IMG/VR virus record: IMGVR_UViG_3300035670_000027
Reading direction: 5' to 3' (one strand)
Length of the DNA: 64,000 bases
DNA from: a virus
The translations under genes and the position numbers were made by a program. How positions within the stretch are numbered: position 1 is the stretch's first letter; every line of letters begins with the position of its first letter. Below the pieces are notes generated by a model, which saw nothing but the letters and a program-made list of their open reading frames with translations, made no database searches and was not told the DNA's origin. Shown piece after piece: positions 55,269-64,000 of this stretch.

Positions 55269-55771
55269 GCAGTAAGCGTATAATAATCGTATAAAAATAC
55301 TGCGGAAGAGGTAAGAAACTCTTGCGATTCTGTGCTGGTAAATTGTAGACTACCAAGTTCAATTGGGAAAACATTTTTGAATGAGAATTTAAGATTCACA
55401 TTGTTTGAGTTTGATTTGACTATGAGTACCGCATCACTCACCACACTATTTGATCTTCCTAATGCGGTAGTTAAATTGCCTAGTTTATCTTTGCTTGTTG
55501 GATTTCCCATTGTGGTAATCCATGAGTAGATATCTCTCCACGATTGCATATTTTCATCGACAATGTATGTCACACTCAATTGTTCAAAGGTAAGAATGTT
55601 ACCTGGTGTATTGACTTGAACGAACGGAGTTTGTGTGGCTACACTATTCAATGTGATTGATGGAAGATTAATTGACTGTAAAAAGAATGTGGTGTTAGGC
55701 AATCTATCAAAAATAAGTTCGTACTTATTGTTTGATAAAAAACTTTTGTTGATTGATGTGGTATCTGACAT
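55265..55771 (-). CDS. gp3: tail tube terminator / tail completion protein
   Basis: FFLQSINLP, VDENMQSW..IY.W, FKNVFP; syntenic after gp23. Confidence 0.8.
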   Translation of the reverse strand: MSDTTSINKSFLSNNKYELIFDRLPNTTFFLQSINLPSITLNSVATQTPFVQVNTPGNILTFEQLSVTYIVDENMQSWRDIYSWITTMGNPTSKDKLGNLTTALGRSNSVVSDAVLIVKSNSNNVNLKFSFKNVFPIELGSLQFTSTESQEFLTSSAVFLYDYYTLTA

Positions 55772-55793
55772 GATATCTCCTCATTGTTCATAC

Positions 55794-55801
55794 TATTTAT
55801 A
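55794..55801 (-). promoter_or_regulatory. late promoter TATAAATA
   Basis: exact octamer upstream of gp3. Confidence 0.8.
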
Positions 55802-55804
55802 AAC

Positions 55805-55832
55805 AAAAAAAGAGGGCACCGAAGTGCCCTCT
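55805..55832 (-). terminator. intrinsic terminator after the major capsid gene
   Basis: AGAGGGCAC-TTCG-GTGCCCTCT followed by a T-tract (UUCG tetraloop). Confidence 0.9.
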
Positions 55833-55860
55833 CTGAAGTCCGATCTGTGTCGGCTCAATA

Positions 55861-57213
55861 TTACATGAGGTTGTTAATTGCGATTCTACGATAGTAGATG
55901 TTCTTGTTCGCAAATGCAATTGTACCATTAGCGGCAGTTGTCGCAAATGGGTTAGCAACCATTCCGTAACGAGTTTTGAAACCGATCTTTGGCTGGAATG
56001 TATCCTGACCAACGGCACGAACCATTTGGAGAGGAACATATGGGCAGTAGAAAAGACCAGCGTCAAATGCTGAAGCACCTTTGTAACCCATTGTTGCGTA
56101 GTGTACGCCAGATGTTGCGGCGAAATATGGGTCGATGTAAACACGGATACGACCGTTAAGAACACCAGCAAATGTGTTACCTGTGTCATCAACTTGAAGG
56201 TTGTTTGCGAGAGCAGGAGTGTAATCAAGTACACCAGCCATCTGAAGAGCAGAAGCCACATCTGATGAACAGATGAGGATGTTACCTTTACCTCTACGAG
56301 TTGCTTTTGCAATCGCATTGGATTCTCTTTCGAGTTGGAACATCAAGCCCTTGAATTTCTCAACTGACCAACGACCATTTGCGTCAACATCAAGGTCGAA
56401 TGTACCAGCAGTCGCAACATTTTCTTGTGCGCCGATAGTAGCAGTTTGGTTGATTGTACGAACAACTTCACGATTGATCTCAGCAAGGATTTCAGTTGTG
56501 AGGATGTTAGCAAGTTCTTGTTCAGCGTCAAGACCATGAACAGCCTTAAGGTCTTGTGCAAGTTCCATTGTGTATTCTGCTTTTAGCGCACGGCTCTTAG
56601 CAACAACAGAAATCTTCTCAATTGAGAAAGCCATTTCGTTGAAGTTGTTACCAGCAGTACCGTCACCAAGTGCTTCGGCTTGTGCAGTAGTCATACCACC
56701 ACCGAATGTGTACTCTGTACCACCTGATAGATCAGCAGGAGAAGAACCTGTCTGAAGTGTACCAATTGTGTTACCTGAGTTGGTACCAGAGAATGTTGTA
56801 TTTGCTTCGTTAAACAATGCTTCAGTACCAGTCTGATTCTGACCAGCAACAGCGTAGCGTGAACGCATTGCAAAGATAAGACCAGTTGGACCGCTCATTG
56901 GCTGAACGCCGCAGATATCATAAGCGATTAGGTTTGGAGCCGAACGGCGAACAAGAGAGATAAGAACTGGATCATAGATATCGATCTGACCATCACCAGC
57001 AGTTGAAGAAGAGGCGCCAAAGTTGTTTGTTGGTGCGGCTTCAGAAAGAAGTGATTGTGGGTTACGATAACCAGCGGACTCGCCAGTGCGGCAATCAATT
57101 TCTTGGTTCTCAAGAAGTTGTGCAACAACCGCTCTCTTGTGAGAGTCTTTAATTGGGGCTAGTTCAGGATGATCAAGAACTGGTGCCCATTTTTTAATTA
57201 ATGCGTCTGACAT
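55861..57213 (-). CDS. gp23: major capsid protein
   Basis: KWAPVL, DICGVQPMSGPTGLIFAMR, ELAQDLKAVHGLDAE, FYCPYVP, FKTRYG. Confidence 0.98.
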   Translation of the reverse strand: MSDALIKKWAPVLDHPELAPIKDSHKRAVVAQLLENQEIDCRTGESAGYRNPQSLLSEAAPTNNFGASSSTAGDGQIDIYDPVLISLVRRSAPNLIAYDICGVQPMSGPTGLIFAMRSRYAVAGQNQTGTEALFNEANTTFSGTNSGNTIGTLQTGSSPADLSGGTEYTFGGGMTTAQAEALGDGTAGNNFNEMAFSIEKISVVAKSRALKAEYTMELAQDLKAVHGLDAEQELANILTTEILAEINREVVRTINQTATIGAQENVATAGTFDLDVDANGRWSVEKFKGLMFQLERESNAIAKATRRGKGNILICSSDVASALQMAGVLDYTPALANNLQVDDTGNTFAGVLNGRIRVYIDPYFAATSGVHYATMGYKGASAFDAGLFYCPYVPLQMVRAVGQDTFQPKIGFKTRYGMVANPFATTAANGTIAFANKNIYYRRIAINNLM

Positions 57214-57250
57214 ATGTTTTCTCCTTTGAGTATAAGATTAACTCTGTTGT

Positions 57251-57258
57251 TATTTATA
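57251..57258 (-). promoter_or_regulatory. late promoter TATAAATA
   Basis: exact octamer upstream of gp23. Confidence 0.85.
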
Positions 57259-57263
57259 ATTTT

Positions 57264-58181
57264 TTATCTTTTGACTATCTTAGAGAGGTTAGTCACATAC
57301 TTTTCCATGACTGGACTGTATGATTCTTCGATAGTAGATGCATCAGAATCTAAACCAACATTCTTTACTTCTTGCTTTTTATCTTCCTGAACAGTTTCAA
57401 AGTACTTTTTCTTTGTGAGAGAAAGTTTCTCTTTGTAGTCTTCTTCAGAAATGAATTCGATGTTTTCAGCAAGAGATTTGAGTTTCTCAACTTGCACTTC
57501 AGTTAGCCCTTCAGTAACTTCGGCAACGATTACTTCTTTCTTGTAGCCGTTCAACTGGTCAACTAATTCAGCATTCTCTTGAATTTTTTTGTCAAGGTCT
57601 TGCTCTGCTTTTACAAGTTTTTCGCCCATATCAGAAACTAGATCAACTTTATCTTCAGGAATGTCGATATAGTTCTCTACAAAAAGATTCTTGATTCCTA
57701 CCATGAAATCTTCAGCAATTTCTGCCTTGAGATTGTTTTGAATAGCAACTTCGTTTTCTTTTTGCCACTCAGCAACAACATAGTCAAGATACTCATCAAC
57801 CTTGTCTACCAAGCCTGAAGCAAATTCGTTTTGCGCTTCTTCCAATTTTTGTGCGTATTGCTCTTCAAGTGTAGCGACTTGCTCTTCTACTCTTACGGCA
57901 ACTGCGGCTTCAAAAATTGCTTGTGCATTCTTTTTGAATTCTTCTGAGAGATTTTCTCCAGAGAAAATAGCGTCAATGTCTTCTTTCATTTTCGCATGTT
58001 TTTTCTCTTTCATTTCTTTCTCATCTTCGTCATCATCTTCGTCTTCGTCCTCATCTTCTTCGCTATCTTTCATCTTACCTTTTTTCTTTTCGATAGCGGC
58101 TTTGAGAGCAGGTGGAAGTTCACCTTCTTCTAACTTCTCATCTTCTAGGTCAACTTCTTGATCCTTAATTTCTTCTGCCAT
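57264..58181 (-). CDS. gp22: prohead core scaffold protein
   Basis: LSEEFK..A.AIFEAAV, VDEYLDYV..EW; syntenic. Confidence 0.9.
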   Translation of the reverse strand: MAEEIKDQEVDLEDEKLEEGELPPALKAAIEKKKGKMKDSEEDEDEDEDDDEDEKEMKEKKHAKMKEDIDAIFSGENLSEEFKKNAQAIFEAAVAVRVEEQVATLEEQYAQKLEEAQNEFASGLVDKVDEYLDYVVAEWQKENEVAIQNNLKAEIAEDFMVGIKNLFVENYIDIPEDKVDLVSDMGEKLVKAEQDLDKKIQENAELVDQLNGYKKEVIVAEVTEGLTEVQVEKLKSLAENIEFISEEDYKEKLSLTKKKYFETVQEDKKQEVKNVGLDSDASTIEESYSPVMEKYVTNLSKIVKR

Positions 58182-58220
58182 GATGCGTTCTCCTTTTGAT
58201 TAATAAGGTTTTGCTTGATA

Positions 58221-58228
58221 TATTTATA
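58221..58228 (-). promoter_or_regulatory. late promoter TATAAATA
   Basis: exact octamer upstream of gp22. Confidence 0.8.
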
Positions 58229-58235
58229 TAACTAT

Positions 58236-58889
58236 TTATAGTTTATTGATAAAATTCTCAAAAATTTGTAACTTTGTTTTCTCTAGGTCTTTTCGACTTA
58301 CTTTTTTGATTTGCTTTTTAGATTCTTCGATCTGTCTTTCAGTCCAACGACCAGCAACATAGACCCACTCTCTGTTCTCCATGATGCCATGTACAAAAGC
58401 ATCAGGTGCAGAAGGATCGGCAACGATATCAGCCGCAGTTGCAAGATAGAAATCATCTTGAACAACCTTAGTGCCGTCTTTGCCCTCTCTCAAAGAACCA
58501 AGACCTCTAGTTGAAACACCAACGCAAGCACCTTCATTAATCAAATTCTTGACAATGTTTCCGTATGGGGTGTCCATGATCTTTGCTTTACCAATGAAAT
58601 TACTTCCATCTTGGCGCAATTCTTTGATCATGTGAGAAACTCTTTCAAGATTGATCGTAGGACCTTCTGGATGTCCTAACTCTCCATATGCACGATTCTT
58701 ATTGACATAATCGTTTACATATCTGGTGACTTCTCTTTCCATTACTGAAAGAGGATACATTCTGCCGTTGCGATTCTTTTGCTCTGCTTGCATGAAGATG
58801 CCTTCGATGTACATGTTTTTCTTGCCACTCTCGCCGGTCTCTTCGGTGACGAATTTAATTTCTTCGTTAATCTCTGTGATTAGTCTCAT
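58236..58889 (-). CDS. gp21: prohead protease
   Basis: MRLITE, NRNGRMYP, GELGHP, GVSTRGLGS, DIVADPSAP. Confidence 0.95.
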   Translation of the reverse strand: MRLITEINEEIKFVTEETGESGKKNMYIEGIFMQAEQKNRNGRMYPLSVMEREVTRYVNDYVNKNRAYGELGHPEGPTINLERVSHMIKELRQDGSNFIGKAKIMDTPYGNIVKNLINEGACVGVSTRGLGSLREGKDGTKVVQDDFYLATAADIVADPSAPDAFVHGIMENREWVYVAGRWTERQIEESKKQIKKVSRKDLEKTKLQIFENFINKL

Positions 58890-58902
58890 TGTTCTAATCC
58901 TT

Positions 58903-59145
58903 TTATGACTTGTATGCAACTGGTGTGCAATTGGCTGCCGTGCTACATGCAATTGTATCTGTAGCATGTTTCTCGACAATCTCAACAAAGTTTGCAGGAA
59001 TTGAAATTGAACCTAGTGTTGAACCAGTTGAGTTTGCTACTGTAACTGTAGTGATTGCAGTTGTATGAATTCGAACCAAGTTAGAATTGGCTACAGTATT
59101 TGCACTTGTAACTGAAATGATTTGACCTAATGGTTTAATAATCAT
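58903..59145 (-). CDS. small beta-rich head-region protein
   Basis: 80 aa; located between gp20 and gp21. Confidence 0.6.
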   Translation of the reverse strand: MIIKPLGQIISVTSANTVANSNLVRIHTTAITTVTVANSTGSTLGSISIPANFVEIVEKHATDTIACSTAANCTPVAYKS

Positions 59146-59147
59146 TT

Positions 59148-59651
59148 TTATTCCTCTGCTACTGAAATTGCAAACTCGATAAGTTTATCGTAGTCTTCAT
59201 CTAATTTTTGTAGAAAGAATTCTCTGTTGCTTTCATGTAGGTCATCATACAATCCAGTTAAAAGAATTTCGTGTTGTTCATTCTTTGCTTTTGCTTTGAT
59301 TGTTTTGTATGCTTTTTCAGCCGCCGCAGGTTTATCTTTTACCATTGCAGTTGCGACCGCATAAGGACCACCCTTTGATGGATCACCAACCTTTTTCTTT
59401 TCAAAGTGTTTACCAATGGTGTGTGCCATTTTGGTTTCTTTCTTTGAAAGGTCTTCTTCAGTAACAGGTGGCTTGTCTGCTGGTCTTTTTCCGCTACGCT
59501 CTTTTGTAGCAACCTTCGCAGAGTTTGATCCCTGTTCTTCTGGATCAGAAACGGCTACTTTGTGGGCATCGAAAAAGTCTTTCTCGCCCTTTGCTTTGGG
59601 CTTAGCAACCTCTTCTAATCTATCTCCAAGAAAACTTTTAAAGGTCTTCAT
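59148..59651 (-). CDS. probable prohead core/internal protein
   Basis: capsid-targeting-like MKTFKSFL...LEE N-terminus; gp67/gp68 position. Confidence 0.6.
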   Translation of the reverse strand: MKTFKSFLGDRLEEVAKPKAKGEKDFFDAHKVAVSDPEEQGSNSAKVATKERSGKRPADKPPVTEEDLSKKETKMAHTIGKHFEKKKVGDPSKGGPYAVATAMVKDKPAAAEKAYKTIKAKAKNEQHEILLTGLYDDLHESNREFFLQKLDEDYDKLIEFAISVAEE

Positions 59652-59862
59652 CTACATTTTCCTCTTCTGTTTTGAAGTCTTCTCCGTCCTCAATGCCGGT
59701 ATCGCCTTCATTCTTATTGTTGAAAATTGAATTCGAAATCTCTATCTTTTTAAGCAATAGCGCATCGTCAACCTTTCTGCTAAGTTCGCCATAAATGGCG
59801 TCTTTAAAATCAGTAGGCATTGTATCAATTGCGGCTTGAATTGCGGTATGAATGTTTTCCAT
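59638..59862 (-). CDS. gp67-like prohead core protein
   Basis: small protein with acidic tail; late promoter upstream. Confidence 0.55.
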   Translation of the reverse strand: MENIHTAIQAAIDTMPTDFKDAIYGELSRKVDDALLLKKIEISNSIFNNKNEGDTGIEDGEDFKTEEENVDEDL

Positions 59863-59880
59863 AATTTATCTCCTTCTGTT

Positions 59881-59888
59881 TATTTATA
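59881..59888 (-). promoter_or_regulatory. late promoter TATAAATA
   Basis: exact octamer. Confidence 0.8.
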
Positions 59889-59905
59889 AAATTTAAGGTT
59901 TTCGG

Positions 59906-62245
59906 TTATCTACTTAGCATGAAATCGGTCGAATTAATGCGAATAAACCTCATATTGTGTATGAAATCTCTTTCTGTAAAAGTAATTGTATTACCACTTA
60001 GAGTTGAGCCGATTAGCAGACTGTCAAAAGTCTTTTCTCCATATGTATCTGAAGACTGGTTATAAAATATTCTAACCTCTTTAAGTCTGTGGGGACCGTA
60101 TCGAATAATATCTGTAGTCGTATTTGCAACTTCAAAAATAACATTGCCATTATTAATAAAATCAAATGATACATTAAAACCTTGAGATACATTATTTGCC
60201 AATGGTAAAGTAACATAATTTTCTACAGAGTTATTTGCAATCAAATTCTTCTCTAACAAAACCGTATCGCCATTTTCATCGAGTGGTGTTTGGTTTTCAA
60301 TCTCTGATATTGTATTCGCTTGTAGTGAAGAGATTGGTAAGTTTCGATAAATGACTTGATCGTAAATTGTAGAACCAGCATCGTCTGATTTAATATTGAC
60401 GCCGTACTCAAGTGTAGTGAGAGATAAAAACTCTGAGTACTGATTGGCTTGTTCAAATGCAGAGTTGGCAATTGATCTTGCAAGTGGATCAACTTGTGTA
60501 TCACTTACAATTGTATTGGCATAATCGTATGCCGCTTGTGCTAGTATTGTTGCAGAGTTTGCTTCATCAAATGCTGAGTTTGAATTAGACCAAACAATGT
60601 CTAATGTGGTATTGACTGCATAACCTGTTAAGTTTGCAGTACTACCACCAACACTCACTTGCATATGTTCCCAGCGATTGTTTGCAGAAATATAAACTAA
60701 AAAATCACCATTTGCTGGACTTGAAAGTTGAACATTGGATAAATCTTGAAGTCTAGGATTGATTGTGACACGAACTTGAATGTGCCCATCACCGCCAGAT
60801 TTTTTAGTGACTGCACCAAATTGAATCTTAGGGCCAGGACCATCTGGTTCTATTGCAGTCCAAGCACCAGCAACGGTGTTATTTGCCCAAAGAATATCGC
60901 CTGCATTAAATCCGTTGGTGTTTAATCCTCTTAACTGACCAACTGTAAGGGCATATCCCATGCCGTTGTTTGACATAGTATTTTTTGCAACACCAATAAA
61001 CCATGATGGTATAAATCCTAACACACTTGGATTATATTTTCTTGCAAGAAGATTTTCACCATCAACACCAGCAAACATAACAAGATCACCCTTATTAATT
61101 GCTTCAGTTGCTTTGATGAAAATGTGAGTTTCTTCACCGATATTTACTGTAGTGTTATATAATGAACCATATTGAAGTGTGCCGTCAGTTTCATCCCAAA
61201 CAATTTGACCTTCACTAGGTTCTAAATCTGCATCTGTTCTAACTTGAAAATAATCTGCAACAACATTTGCTACTTCAATACCATTGTTTGTTGTGTTACC
61301 TCTTGTGGTAACAGTATCAAGTGTGTCGTTGCTTGAAGCCGCCGCCACACTTATGAATTCAAATTTATTGTTTGCTGAATTGTAAGATAGAACATAACCA
61401 TTTTGAATGGTGTTACGATTAACATCATCAAGATATCTTAGATTGACTTCACCAGACCCGGTTGCTTTCCATGCATCGCTTGCTAGTGATTTTGAAATGA
61501 GTGAGTTAAGTCTATTGCGATACTCAGAGAATGTATCGTCAAGTGTCTTTGTATACTTTGTGAATTTTTCTTCGATGGGTTTAATGTCACCATCTTTACC
61601 TGGTTCACCTTGCGGTCCTTGTGGACCTGCTGGTCCTTGTGGACCAACTGGACCAATGTCACCCTTGTCGCCCTTTGGTCCTTGCTTACCATCTCTACCT
61701 GCTTTGCCATCTGCACCATCTTTGCCTGGCACACCTCTTGGACCTATCTCACCTTGTGGTCCTTTTTCGCCTTGAGGACCAACGGGACCTTGTTCACCAC
61801 GGTCGCCTTTATCTCCTTTGTCGCCCTTCTCGCCTTGTATGCCTTGTGGTCCTTGCTCACCTCGCACACCTTGTTCACCACGATCACCTTTGTCACCCTT
61901 CTCGCCTTGCGGTCCAGGTTCACCTTGTATGCCTTGTTCGCCTTGAGGTCCTTGTGGTCCAATCTCACCTTGAGGACCAATGTTGCCTTGTGGTCCTTGT
62001 TCACCAAGAAGTCCACGCTCACCTTGATCTCCTTTTGGACCAATAAATCCACGAGGTCCATCCTTTCCAGGAGGACCTTGAGGACCTTCAACTACTTCAA
62101 CAATCTTTTCTTTTGGTTGACTTTTAAGAGAATCGATTTCTTCTTTAAGTTTTCGAATCTCTTTTCTTGTATATGCAACCGATGTTGCTACAGAGAGTGC
62201 TTCGTTGAAGATCGTTTGGTCTAAATCATTTTGTTTCTTTGTCAC
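59906..62245 (-). CDS. collagen-like fibre protein
   Basis: 56 Gly-X-Y triplets followed by GSGEVNL and fibre-like domains; GTG start after GAGG. Confidence 0.8.
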   Translation of the reverse strand: MTKKQNDLDQTIFNEALSVATSVAYTRKEIRKLKEEIDSLKSQPKEKIVEVVEGPQGPPGKDGPRGFIGPKGDQGERGLLGEQGPQGNIGPQGEIGPQGPQGEQGIQGEPGPQGEKGDKGDRGEQGVRGEQGPQGIQGEKGDKGDKGDRGEQGPVGPQGEKGPQGEIGPRGVPGKDGADGKAGRDGKQGPKGDKGDIGPVGPQGPAGPQGPQGEPGKDGDIKPIEEKFTKYTKTLDDTFSEYRNRLNSLISKSLASDAWKATGSGEVNLRYLDDVNRNTIQNGYVLSYNSANNKFEFISVAAASSNDTLDTVTTRGNTTNNGIEVANVVADYFQVRTDADLEPSEGQIVWDETDGTLQYGSLYNTTVNIGEETHIFIKATEAINKGDLVMFAGVDGENLLARKYNPSVLGFIPSWFIGVAKNTMSNNGMGYALTVGQLRGLNTNGFNAGDILWANNTVAGAWTAIEPDGPGPKIQFGAVTKKSGGDGHIQVRVTINPRLQDLSNVQLSSPANGDFLVYISANNRWEHMQVSVGGSTANLTGYAVNTTLDIVWSNSNSAFDEANSATILAQAAYDYANTIVSDTQVDPLARSIANSAFEQANQYSEFLSLTTLEYGVNIKSDDAGSTIYDQVIYRNLPISSLQANTISEIENQTPLDENGDTVLLEKNLIANNSVENYVTLPLANNVSQGFNVSFDFINNGNVIFEVANTTTDIIRYGPHRLKEVRIFYNQSSDTYGEKTFDSLLIGSTLSGNTITFTERDFIHNMRFIRINSTDFMLSR
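61583..62086 (-). repeat. Gly-X-Y collagen repeat (56 uninterrupted triplets)
   Basis: GPQGPPGKD...GEPGKDGDI, counted in the translation. Confidence 0.95.
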
Positions 62246-63911
62246 CTTTAGCCTCTTCAACTAAGGTACCGAAAAACGCTGACATTGATTTCACAAGTTC
62301 TTTTTGATCAGTATTATCAAAGTTAGATTCTTTCGTAGGTTTTGGTTCTTGAATCACAACAGGAATTGGTTGTGGATTCTCAACCTTTTGTTGAATTGGT
62401 GTTGGTGGCATATTTCTTTCTTGTGGTGGTTGATCACCATCTTCATCACCACCCTCTGCCTCTTCTTCTGCCATCTCTTTATCCATTTGCTCAATGTCAT
62501 CTTCAGTTTGTTGAAGAACTTTTCTGCGAATGTAAGCAACGGAGAAATATTTACCAGCATAGTTATCAATGTCTGAAAGAAGCATCAAACGCTCTTTCAT
62601 AATTTCAGTTTCTTTTAATTCTGTGAAGTGTGCATCAGTAACGAAGTCATAGTAAATTTCTTCTTTGATTTGTTCCCACTCTGCACGATTACAAATGCCT
62701 TTTAGCACCAATTGAGTTTCAAGTAGTCGATCAAATAGATGTGAGAATCTTGAACGAAGTCTTGCAATGAATTTTGAAAACTTCAATTCGTCACGGGTAA
62801 TCTCACTTGCACGACCAAGAGAGAAACCATTGTCTGCTTCTAAGCGAGAGACTGGAACATTAAGTGCTTTGTAGAGTTTCTTCTGAAAGTATAAAACATC
62901 TTCAATCTCACCAAGATTTTGTCCAGGTGGTAGTGTAGTAATTTCTGTACCACGACCGCCTTCTCTTCTTGGCAGCCAGAAGTCTTCAAGCATTGTTTGA
63001 AATCTGCGATCATCACGAATCTCACCAGTGGTTGCATCGTATACAAGTTTGTTCTTGTACTTCTGCATAATGTCACGCAAGTATTGCTCTGCTTTCATCT
63101 TTGGTAAGTTACCAACATCGATGTAGAACACTCTTCTTTCAGGTGCTCTAGAGATACGATAGATAACAGTCGCATCTTCAAGCATACGCAACTGATTCAA
63201 TGGGCGAATAACTTTGTGCAGATAAGAGATAATTACTTTACCATCTTTATCTGTAAGACCAGAGTGTACATAACAAATTGAATCTGGAGAAATCTTTAAG
63301 CCTTGATTGGTGTCACGCATGAAACCTTTGTCTGAAAATACAAAGTATTCAATTGGCTTAATGTAGTTTGGTTGACCAACGCCTTGTGCTTGTTTGCCTT
63401 TTGGCACTTCACGCACTTTACGAATCTTGCGTGGGTCAATATATCTTAATTCTTGTAATCCTGCTCTAGGATTTTTATCATCAATCATCATATGATAGTA
63501 CAATCGACCATCAACATACCATCTACGATAGATATCGTATCCTTGATTATTGAAATCTAGAAGTTTAAGTATGTGTTCAAATTCATCACGAATTTTTTTC
63601 TTGATTGATTCTGGTTGTTTGAGTTTATCTAATACAATTTGAACCGGATATTCATCAGGTTGGTAAACAATAGATTCGTTGACAATATCATCAATAGCGG
63701 CATCACACTCTGGTTGCAATGCCATCTCACGATATCGTTTAACTAATTCAGCATCGTTTCTTACCTGACCTTCAAGATCAACATATGTACCATAAACTCC
63801 GCCACCAACGATACTTGCCGCATCGTTATCATTGTCTGGTGGAACAAATGACCTTAGTTCTTCTTTGTCATCGTCCTTACCAATTTTAAATCCGAAAAGT
63901 TTTATTGCCAT
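62226..63911 (-). CDS. gp20: portal vertex protein
   Basis: [43 protein letters not shown]. Confidence 0.98.
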   Translation of the reverse strand: MAIKLFGFKIGKDDDKEELRSFVPPDNDNDAASIVGGGVYGTYVDLEGQVRNDAELVKRYREMALQPECDAAIDDIVNESIVYQPDEYPVQIVLDKLKQPESIKKKIRDEFEHILKLLDFNNQGYDIYRRWYVDGRLYYHMMIDDKNPRAGLQELRYIDPRKIRKVREVPKGKQAQGVGQPNYIKPIEYFVFSDKGFMRDTNQGLKISPDSICYVHSGLTDKDGKVIISYLHKVIRPLNQLRMLEDATVIYRISRAPERRVFYIDVGNLPKMKAEQYLRDIMQKYKNKLVYDATTGEIRDDRRFQTMLEDFWLPRREGGRGTEITTLPPGQNLGEIEDVLYFQKKLYKALNVPVSRLEADNGFSLGRASEITRDELKFSKFIARLRSRFSHLFDRLLETQLVLKGICNRAEWEQIKEEIYYDFVTDAHFTELKETEIMKERLMLLSDIDNYAGKYFSVAYIRRKVLQQTEDDIEQMDKEMAEEEAEGGDEDGDQPPQERNMPPTPIQQKVENPQPIPVVIQEPKPTKESNFDNTDQKELVKSMSAFFGTLVEEAKGDKETK

Positions 63912-63930
63912 ATTTTTCTCTCTTCATAAG

Positions 63931-63954
63931 AAAAGGGGGCGTAATAGCCCCCCA
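63931..63954 (-). terminator. hairpin with T-tract upstream of gp20
   Basis: GGGGGC-TATTAC-GCCCCC followed by TTTT. Confidence 0.6.
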
Positions 63955-63967
63955 TTTGAAACTATTA

Positions 63968-63987
63968 CGCAACTATTTATCGTTGCG
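63968..63987 (-). promoter_or_regulatory. late-promoter variant GATAAATA in a hairpin loop
   Basis: CGCAAC-GATAAATA-GTTGCG. Confidence 0.5.
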
Positions 63988-64000
63988 AAAATGTTTCTGT

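Noticed and set aside
55797-56318. 173-aa alternative-frame ORF inside gp23
   Set aside because: It has no RBS or motif and runs through the terminator. Such ORFs are expected from strong codon bias in a highly expressed gene.
61407-62224. Repetitive ORFs in other frames over the collagen region; possible CRISPR or tandem array
   Set aside because: These are by-products of the 9-nt Gly-X-Y periodicity, with no repeat-spacer structure.
62226-62260. Programmed frameshift fusing portal to the collagen protein
   Set aside because: The overlap is short, has no convincing slippery site, and an independent GTG start with a GAGG RBS exists.
1381-62602. The many plus-strand ORFs in the track
   Set aside because: All lie antisense to well-supported minus-strand genes, lack recognisable motifs and read as codon-bias shadows.
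1-64000. tRNA, rRNA, CRISPR array, integrase or IS elements
   Set aside because: Intergenic gaps are short and explained by promoters and terminators. No cloverleaf, repeat-spacer array, recombinase or transposase was recognised by eye; tRNAscan-SE would be the formal check.

Overview
This 64 kb window is part of a lytic T4-like (Tevenvirinae/Kyanoviridae-style) myophage genome. Essentially every real gene is on the minus strand, so transcription runs from the end of the window toward the start. In that order the window holds: (1) head morphogenesis (gp20 portal, a collagen-repeat protein, gp21, gp22, gp23); (2) gp3, uvsY, uvsW, gp55, gp47, gp46; (3) an accessory enzyme block (peptide deformylase, GNAT-like/Asp-beta-hydroxylase fusion, fold-type-II PLP enzyme, dCMP deaminase, amino-methyltransferase-like protein, several 2OG-Fe(II) oxygenases); (4) early genes (YodL-like, VWA/HEXXH, MoxR/CobS-like AAA); (5) replication (gp45, dsbA, cytochrome c plus a Tat protein, gp44, gp62, regA, hsp20, a split gp43, uvsX, gp40, gp41); (6) a late block of probable capsid-internal proteins and polyproteins; (7) a lysis cassette (spanins, GH19 endolysin, membrane proteins); (8) primase, thyX, nrdA/nrdB and envelope-related genes. 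A CTGT-N8-ACAG LexA box, a c551-like cytochrome, spanins and an LpxH-like gene suggest a Gram-negative beta/gamma-proteobacterial host (inference). The best candidates for new biology are a late capsid-packaged enzyme/polyprotein module with gp21-type cleavage linkers and capsid-targeting N-termini, a putative DNA-hypermodification cluster (MTase-like + PLP + GNAT-hydroxylase), a LexA-boxed leaderless gene, a ROSE-type RNA thermometer on hsp20 and an antisense sigma70 promoter in front of gp55. No tRNA, rRNA or CRISPR array was seen. All protein calls come from motif recognition by eye, not from database searches.
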